A stretch of 60,368 bases of DNA, counting the filler, from Squatina squatina (lineage: Eukaryota), in NCBI GenBank assembly GCA_031763465.1. It is 4 parts of 4 records of this genome, joined end to end, with 100 filler letters (N's around TTAATTAATTAA, not from the genome) between each part and the next. Parts side by side here need not be neighbours in the genome. Positions count along the whole stretch, not along the records: positions 45,841 to 60,368 come from JARFOE010000168.1; 3 more parts are not named here. One strand, written 5' to 3'. Both the position numbers and the translations under genes were made by a program. Shown piece after piece: positions 51,995 through 60,368 of this stretch; the first letter of the stretch is position 1; each line of letters begins with the position of its first letter. The notes under the pieces were generated by a model that was given only the letters and a program-made list of their open reading frames with translations, was not told the origin of the DNA and did no database searches.

Positions 51995-53045
51995 GCCCAT
52001 ATTTTACTGCACCTGGAATCTCCCCCTTTGACTTGCAGTGTTTGTGTTGCTAAGCCACAGCTGCGAGCCTCAAAATGTTAGCTGCACTGCTACTGTGTCC
52101 CTCCCTGAAGGATCACCTCTATCGTCAGACCACACAGATATGACCACTTTACTTGCGTTTGCCAATAACTTTACCAAGTCACTCATAGATTGCTCGTGGC
52201 TCTCTGTGCAATCAGCCATGCTGAAATCAGTTATTCAGCACAAACCAGCAGTTGTTTCAGGAACCTTCTGGTATGTCTGTTTCCGTCGTACACTGCCTGC
52301 AACTACTGAGCCAGCCTGGGAGCTTACAAAATTCTTTTTCCTGGTTACAAAAGTTATTTTCTTTGAGGACAATCTGTCACAGCCATGCACTTCAAATGAG
52401 GTGCCGACAGATTATTTTGCCACGAACCGTGCCAGCCCAGTCATTCTCTATGATTTCTATTGCTTGTCTTCGGCCTCATGCAGGTGAAGCTTTGCCAAGT
52501 GGGGATTGTACATCTCTGGAATTATGGGTGAGATCAGCATAACTGTCCTGGTTTGCATGAACTANNNNNNNNNNNNNNNNNNNNNNNNNNNNNNNNNNNN
52601 NNNNNNNNNNNNNNNNNNNNNNNNNNNNNNNNNNNNNNNNNNNNNNNNNNNNNNNNNNNNNNNNTCCAGCCCGCCTCTCACGCCAGCTCCTGTCATTCCG
52701 TCTAGACAACTTGTGGCATTGAGTCCTGGCGTTGCCATGGCGACAGGCACCAACCCGACGTGAATTTGGGGGCAAAGAAGCTGAAAAAAGAAACTGGTTT
52801 CTTATAATTTCACTTTTTGGAGGTCGAACGGTGGAAAAAGCGAGGAGTGGCGGAGGGGGAAAGGCGGCGAGAGAGAGAGAGAGTCTGCGAGAGACATCAG
52901 CTTAATCCGGCAGAAAGTAAAACCTCACCACGTCCTGTACGTCCCCGTCATTCAAAGCCGAGAGTGTTCTATTAAAAGTATCAGCCTGCTCGCTTTGCTG
53001 CCTATTTATAAACCTCTGGGCTCGGCGAACTGGCCCGTTTAAAAC

Positions 53046-53468
53046 ATGGAGCTGCCGCAGTATTTCCTAAGCTGGTTCTGCATGCTCCTGCTGCACCATG
53101 GACTCTGCCAGCCTTATCTGCACCTCCGGCCCGTCCCCAGTGACAGTTTGCCCGTGGTGGACATCATCGAACACCCGGACCCAGAGAACGACCCCAAGGA
53201 CAACGATCTGGACGAACGGACCTTGCGGAAGAAGCTCGGCATTCACTTCGACCCCAGCTTCATGTCCATCACCCTGCCCGAGGGGGACGAGTCTCCGTCC
53301 CGGGACCCCAACTCCAGGTTCAAACCCTTGGGCGCCTTGCCCAACGACATCAAGCGGTTGGATTTGTCGGAGACCCCTTACGGGAGGAAGATGAAGCTGG
53401 GCAAAAAGGCGAGGAGGAAGTTTCAGCAGTGGCTTTGGTCCTACACGTACTGCCCGGTGATGTACACA
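53046..53468 (+). CDS. NOG2: Noggin-2, N-terminal part (truncated by gap)
   Basis: Signal peptide + QPYLHLRPVPSDSLPVVDIIEHPDP...KLGKKARRKFQQWLWSYTYCPVMYT. DLSETPYG and DERTLRKKLG favour noggin2 over noggin1. Confidence 0.9.
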
Positions 53469-53735
53469 NNNNNNNNNNNNNNNNNNNNNNNNNNNNNNNN
53501 NNNNNNNNNNNNNNNNNNNNNNNNNNNNNNNNNNNNNNNNNNNNNNNNNNNNNNNNNNNNNNNNNNNNGTTTGAGTAGCCGGGCCGTTGCCGCACGACTT
53601 ACATATACTTCCTCAAAATAATCTATCAGCACTGGAGTAGTCCATTCAGTTAATACTGTGCTGTAAGTTGTCACTGCCATTGTAAGAAGGAGTGATACAA
53701 CCCAAGCATCAGTTTAACCACTTGTTTACAGTAAG

Positions 53736-53864
53736 TGTAAACCTGTCAAATCTATCAGCAAGACTTTCTTAAGGTGGTATTGCCAAGGGTGGTCAAAGCC
53801 TAAATACTGCACGTGGATACCTGTGCAATACCCAGTTATTTCCGAGTGCAAGTGTTCCTGTTAA
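53736..53864 (+). CDS. NOG2: Noggin-2, C-terminal cystine-knot part
   Basis: [42 protein letters not shown] (TAA 53862-53864). Not in the ORF track. Confidence 0.9.
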   Translation, partial: CKPVKSISKTFLRWYCQGWSKPKYCTWIPVQYPVISECKCSC

Positions 53865-56800
53865 AGGGAGAAGTGTTCTCATGCAGACTGTGTGAATCCC
53901 ATAAACAGATGGTCTATAGTATAACAACGCCCTATAGTGAAATCTATTTTTATATATCGCATTCTAAAGAAGCGCCAGCTTTGTATCTATATAACACAAT
54001 GAGATTTAAAGTTGCGGAAAATCTTGGATTTTTTTTTCTATATCTAAGTAATCATAGAATAGGCACAAGTGATGGGGCAATGAGTAGTAGTTTAAATGAA
54101 TCGTAAAAGGAATACATTTTTATTATTGTATTAATAACCTGGCATGATTTGGGGGAATATTACCATTATGTCATTCTGGATACCCAGTGCGCAGACATCA
54201 GGGTATCTGAGTGAAAAATAAAGCAACTGCTGAACTGCAATTTTCTAATTTTTGCAAGTGTTTTATTAGTGTTGTTGTTAACTTAAGTTCTCCGACCAAA
54301 TGCAAACTCGAATCCTGTAAATTAATCAGTTTAACAATTAGGAATGACCTATTTGGCCCTTACCTTGACTCTGCTGAGGGTAAAGATGGGGAAATTGTGA
54401 ATAAAATGCTGCCGCAAGGACAGGGTGCCAGGCCTTGACCTGCTCGTGAGGGAATTACTTGGGCAAAAGCATTCATAATATTTCTGTCCTAAAGAAGAGA
54501 GTGTAAAAAAGTTGCACAGTGACAGCTCCAAGGAAGAAGATCACATGAAGATATAACGAAAGACATGTTAACAAAAGAGAGAATCGGGCCAAAAGATAAA
54601 TGTTGTCACCAGCCGAGCGGAAATTGCACAGCTATTCATTGTGAAGAGAAAGCAGCAGATGGAAATCTCACTAAGGTAATTCAAAAAATAAGATGTATAT
54701 GCGCAATAAGGTAAAATTAGTACTGTAATAACATGAAAAAAGTACATTCATATAGAAATGTAGTGTCTCCATCAACTTATGCCAAATTATCCAGACATTT
54801 TATCTAGTCCACTGCCCTGTTAGTAGGCATAGCTGCTAATGATTGTATTTAATTGTTTGAACTTAAAATTAAATATATTACAGCTGCTATATTGTATCCA
54901 CACAGAAGAACCCATATTAGGAGACGCCTAGCAAGCCAGCATCATAGAGAAGAGGAAGAAATTGAAGATAGTTTCCAGTCTGTCATCTGAAGGAACCAAT
55001 ACAACTGAAGACAGACAGTCTGGAAGATGACTCTTTGCTTTCAGCAATCTCCAAAGAGCCATCCATCAAAGAAAGAGGACCAGCCCCCCATCCCACCCCC
55101 ATCCCCACAGATCCAACCACAAGAGGGACATGTCAACTGTTCAGATCACATTTCACACCCTCAGATGCCCATATCAACCAGAGACAATTGTGTAACATAT
55201 CCTGCTAATTCTGGCTATTCAAAACATAACACAAGTTATGCAGAATAGCTCCCTTTTGGCCAATAACTTTGCTACTATGCACACAAGTATGCAAGCAGAT
55301 TGTTTCCATCGGAACAGCACGGTGCTCCATCAATCTGCTGACACAGATCTACCGCCTGCTTTCTTACCCATGAGGATGTCAACAGCTGACTCGGTGGTTC
55401 TGTTGAGATGACCTCACTCGGGCTCTCTGGCAATTTCCAGTACTGATGCTTCCACTAAAAACTCCACTATAAGCAGTTTAAACTATCGAAACAACCCAGG
55501 CAGTAATTCGGTTAAGCTTTTATTGCTTTGTAAAAATAGGAGCACATTTCATTGACTTTTGCATTGTTTTATTTAAAAAATATCTTTTTCTTCACTTCTT
55601 TATTGAATAATTTTTGTTCATAGGCCGAAAACTGGTTAGCAAACAAAATCAGGATATGCCTGGAATATGTGCAAGCAATGCTCTCATTTTTCTGCTTAGT
55701 AAAGTTCTCCTAAAAGTGTGCAATCAAGAGTTGGGAAAGGCTGACTGAGATGCTGACCAAGGCAGCTTTTGCTGGGAAAGGATAAGGAAACATGATTGGC
55801 CTGGAACAGGAGTGTTTACATGTGCTGATGTAACTGAGACTGTGCAAGGAGTGGGCTGGTTTTAAAATGAAATAATTTAACTGCAAAGTTAATTTAGTTA
55901 TCTGATTGTCATTGCTTCAATTTAACTTGAGCATAAAGAGAGCTGAATTAATTCCCGAGTAAGTCATCAATTATATTCTTGTAGACAAATAATAGGACTG
56001 TGCTCGGAGGAGGCTGATGCACTGTAATCGACAGAATCAATTGTTGCTCAGACAAGGTAGAGTTTTGAGATTGACGTGAACAAGAGTTTACCACTGAAAG
56101 ATGTGGCAGGTAAGTGTGTGTATGTTGACTGAGTTGGTTTCAAAGTAGGCTTTACAAGCAAGAGGCAATTGTTAGAGACCTGGGGAGTAAGAAGGTACAG
56201 GCTGTGAGTGAGTACAGGCTGTTTTGCCTGAAATGGAGTTTGGTACTCCTGTGTAGTTGGCTCAGAACTACTTTCACTTGGTTGAGCTTCAGTCCTCTGA
56301 NNNNNNNNNNNNNNNNNNNNNNNNNNNNNNNNNNNNNNNNNNNNNNNNNNNNNNNNNNNNNNNNNNNNNNNNNNNNNNNNNNNNNNNNNNNNNNNNNNNN
56401 GAAATATAAACAAATAAGAAAGATGTTTTTAATTTGGAATGTGTCCAGCAGGATGGGGACACGTTGTCTGGGCATCTGAGCGGGGTCCCCCACCCCCTCC
56501 CCCTCACACACAAACACAGATAATTATACAGCGATGCAGACTTGTCTCTGAGTTACTCGGTAACAAGTGTTGAGACTTGGCAGCTCGCTTTAACTGGAGC
56601 AAATGGATAAGGCATGGGGGAACTGCATGGAACGGAATAGGCAATTGATAGGAGCACTTTACTGTGTCTGATCCTCGGTAGTTTCTCAATCCACTGGAAG
56701 TGCAAACACTGTGGCTGTTATAACGGGCTCAGTCCGCTTCGTACTCAGACGGGAACTCATTCTGCTTATAATTTCCTGACACTGCTAATTTAAAGTGTAT

Positions 56801-57010
56801 GTTCAGACTGAGACTAGACCTGATCCTGATTACAGCAGTCACTCGCTGTGCGCTCCTTTTTCAAATATATATAAATATCACTGATTTAGTTATTAACGAC
56901 AACTTTTTTTNNNNNNNNNNNNNNNNNNNNNNNNNNNNNNNNNNNNNNNNNNNNNNNNNNNNNNNNNNNNNNNNNNNNNNNNNNNNNNNNNNNNNNNNNN
57001 NNNNNNNNNN

Positions 57011-59512
57011 TGCCTAATGTGCACCTGTCCTACACTACCTACAGTGTACCTCTCCTACACTGTCTACAGTATACCTGTCCTACAGTGTCTACATTGCACC
57101 TGCCCACACTGCCTACAGTGCCCCTCTCCTTCACTGCCTTCAATGCACCTATCCTACACTGCCACAGTGCACCTGTCCTACATGGCCTACAACTTAGCTG
57201 TCCTACACTGCCTACAGTGTACCTGTCCTACACTGCCTACAGTACACCTCTCCTTCACTGCCTTCAATGCACCTGTCCTACACTGCCACAGTGCAGCTGT
57301 CCTACACGGCCTATAACTCAGCTGTCCTACACTGCCTGCAGTGCACATGTCCTGCACTGCCTACAGCGCACCTGTCCTGCACTGCCTACAGTGCACCTGT
57401 CATACACTGCCGACAGCACACCTGTCCTACACTGCCTACAGCAGACCTGTCCTACACGGACTACAGTGTGCCTGTCCTACACTGCCTACAGCGCACCTGT
57501 CCTACACTGCCTACAGCGCACCTGTCCTACACTGCCTACAGAGCACTTGTCCTAAATTGCCTACAGCGCACCTGTCCTACACTGCCTACAGAGCACTTGT
57601 CCTGCATTGCCAACAGCACACCTGTCCTACACTGCCTACAATACACTTGTCCTACACTGCCTACATTGCACCTGTCCTATGCTGCCTAATGTGCGCCTGT
57701 CCTAAACTACCTGCAGCGCACCTCTCCTCCACTGCCACAGCGGAACTGTCCTACACTGGAACAGCTCAACTGTCCTACACTGCCTGCAGAGCACCTGTCC
57801 TACACTGCCTACAGTGCTCCTGCGCTACAGTACCAAAATGCACCTGTCCAACTCTGTCTACATCACACCTGTCCTACACTGCCCACAGCATACCTGTCCT
57901 ACACAGCCTACTGTTTACCTGTCCTACAGTGCCGACAGTGCAGCTGTACTACAGAGCTTACAACACTGCTGTCCTTAACCGCCTACAGTGCTCCTGTGCT
58001 ACACTGCCTGCAGTGCGGCTGTCCTACACAGCATACAGTGCACCTGTCCTACTGAACGTGCAGCTCACCTCTCCCCCACTGCCCACAGCATGCCTGTCCA
58101 ACACTGCCGACAGCCCACCTGTCCTACACTGCCTTCATTGCACCTGCCCTACACTGCCTGCAGCACACCTGTCCTACACTGCCTACAGCAAACCTCTCCT
58201 ACACTGCCTACAGCGCTCCTGTCCTACAGTGCCTAATGTGCACCTGTCCTACACTACCTACAGTGTACCTCTCCTACACTGTCTACAGTATACCTGTCCT
58301 ACAGTGNNNNNNNNNNNNNNNNNNNNNNNNNNNNNNNNNNNNNNNNNNNNNNNNNNNNNNNNNNNNNNNNNNNNNNNNNNNNNNNNNNNNNNNNNNNNNN
58401 NNNNNNTCCAACACTGCCTACAGTGCACCTGTCCTACACTGCCTACAGTGCACCTGTCCCACACTGCCTATAGCACAGCTGTCCTACATTGCCCAATGCA
58501 CAGCTGTCCTACACTGCCTGCAGTGCACCTGTCCTACGCTGCCTAGTGTGTGCCTGTCCTTCACTGCCTAGTGTGCACCTGTCCTACACTGCCACAGTAC
58601 GCCTGTCCTTCACTGCCTACTGTGCACCTGTCCTACACTGCCACAGTATGCCTGTCGCAAACTGCCTGCAGTGTACCTGTCCATCACTGCCGACTGTGCA
58701 CGTGCCCTCCACTGCCTACAGCACACCTGTCCTATACTGATCACAGCACACCTGCCCTACACTACCTACAGTGCACCTCTCCTTCAGAGCCTGCAGCACA
58801 CCTGCTCTACACCACCTACAGTGCAACTGTCCTACACTTCCTACAGTGCACCTGTCTTACACTGCCTGCAGTGCACCTGTCCGACACTGCCCAGAGCACA
58901 CCTTTTCAACTCTGCCACAACCTGCAGTTCGCCTGTCCTACACTGCCTACAGCGTGCCTCTCCTACACTGCCTACAGTGCATCAGTCCTGCACTGCCTAT
59001 AGTGTCCTTTCCTTCACTGCCTACTGCACAGCTGTCCTACACTGCCTGCAGTGCACCTGTCCTGCACTGCCTGCAGCGCACCTCTGCAACGCTGCCTACA
59101 GTGCACCTGTCCTACACTGCCTACAGTGCACCTGTCCTACACTGCTTACAGTGCACCTGTCCTACACTGCCTACAAATCAGCTGTCCTACACTGCCTGCT
59201 GTGCACCTGTCCTACACTGCCTATAGTGCTCCTGTGCTACACTGCCTAAAGTGCACCTGTCATACACTGCCTAAAGCTCAACTGTCCTAAACTGCCTGCA
59301 GTGCACCTGTCCTACACTGCCTGCAGTGCACCTGTCCTACACTGCCTGCTGTGCTCCTGTCCTACACTGCCTATAGTGCTCCTGTGCTACACTGCCTATA
59401 GTGCTCCTGTGCTACACTGCCTATAGTGCTCCTGTGCTACACTGCCTAAAGTGCAACTGTCCGAAACTGCCTGCAGTGCACCTGTCCAACACTGCCTAAT
59501 GTGCACTTGTCC
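57011..59512 (+). repeat. 25-bp satellite array (cacctgtcctacactgcctacagtg)
   Basis: Roughly 95 diverged monomers across two contigs. Confidence 0.97.
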
Positions 59513-59595
59513 TAACATAGAAACATAGAAAATAGGTGCAGGAGTGGGCCATTAGGCCCTTCGAGCCTGCACCGCCATTCAATATGATCATGGCT
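59513..59595 (-). mobile_element. CR1 LINE 3' terminus
   Basis: aacatagaaacatagaaaataggtgcaggagt.ggccatt.ggcccttcgagcctgc; same terminus at about 17715-17785. Confidence 0.75.
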
Positions 59596-59695
59596 NNNNN
59601 NNNNNNNNNNNNNNNNNNNNNNNNNNNNNNNNNNNNNNNNNNNNNNNNNNNNNNNNNNNNNNNNNNNNNNNNNNNNNNNNNNNNNNNNNNNNNNN

Positions 59696-59983
59696 GACCC
59701 CACCTCTCGAGGGACCTGGACAGGCACTACAGTGGCAGAGATGGCAAGGAGGAGGAGGCGAGTGCGATGAGAGAGGCTTACCATTACGCGGTGGCTGACT
59801 TGCAGGTGGGTGGGCGCTGCAAATGTAATGGCCACGCGTCCCGCTGTGTCAAGGACAAAGAAGGCAATCTGATTTGTGACTGCAAGCACAACACGGCTGG
59901 CCCAGAGTGCGACAGGTGCAAGCCCTTTCACTACGACCGCCCGTGGCAGAAAGCCACTGCTCGAGAGGCGAACGAGTGCTTGG
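59696..59983 (+). CDS. Netrin (netrin-3/netrin-2-like) exon: end of laminin N domain and first laminin-EGF repeat; 5' truncated by gap
   Basis: [68 protein letters not shown], donor GTAAG at 59984. Confidence 0.88.
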
Positions 59984-60089
59984 GTAAGTCCAACCTAGGG
60001 GGAGCAATGTGATTATTGACACCTCCGAGCCTTCATAGTCAACCCATCAGTTGGTCAGTACCAGACGTAGTTGTGAGGAAGCTATTAGA

Positions 60090-60368
60090 ATCTGTTATTT
60101 GGTACAGACAGGATTTGTGAAGGGATGGTCATGTCTACCTAATCCAGTTGAAGTTTTTGAGGAGGTCACTAATAAAGTGGATATGGCACTGTCTATGGAC
60201 GCTGTCTATATGGATTTCCAGAAAACAGTCGATAAGGTTCCACAGAAGATATTATCACCAAAAATGAGGACGCGCGGAATTGGAGGTAGTGTTTGATGGG
60301 TTGGAAATGAGTTGACGGGTTGGGAGGTAGGAGACTGGAGTGGATAGAAAGGGTAGGTACTCTGAATG
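60090..60368 (+). mobile_element. CR1 LINE RT fragment
   Basis: GFVKGWSCL...FEEVTNKVD...DAVYMDFQKTVDKVP. Confidence 0.85.

Noticed and set aside
53003-53012. TATA-like box before noggin2
   Set aside because: Only about 35 bp from the ATG and no start-site evidence; may simply lie in the 5' UTR.
54380-55250. Possible decayed Harbinger/Myb-SANT gene relic
   Set aside because: Only a vague impression, with multiple stops and no definable motif.
57017-59290. Long Cys/His-rich ORFs
   Set aside because: Translations of a largely stop-free 25-bp satellite; the same peptide cycle appears in all three frames.

Overview
Vertebrate genomic DNA, most likely a cartilaginous fish (shark-type SINE, LINE and satellite repertoire), from a heavily gapped draft assembly. 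Three artificial linkers (44 N + TTAATTAATTAA + 44 N) join four separate scaffolds. (1) 1-13763: three exons of the receptor phosphatase PTPRD (FN3 and transmembrane exons), with an intronic Tx1/L1-type ORF1 relic. (2) 13864-28457: a FIIND-domain (ZU5-UPA, CARD8/NLRP1-type) gene on +, convergent with IL12A (p35) and SCHIP1 on -. (3) 28558-45740: a probable terminal exon and long 3' UTR of an unidentified minus-strand gene, plus CR1 and RTE LINE fragments. (4) 45841-60368: ANKFN1-like exons (-), noggin2 (+), a 25-bp satellite and a netrin-3-like exon (+). Most notable: the FIIND gene beside IL12A with an SL/S cleavage-site variant, minimal hammerhead-ribozyme motifs in Penelope-type termini, foreign sequence inside the normally intronless noggin2, an in-frame 51-bp tandem expansion in the Tx1 ORF1, and recurrent L2 tails near one SINE motif. 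Gene names come from recalled homology, not database searches. No prokaryotic systems or CRISPR arrays were seen.
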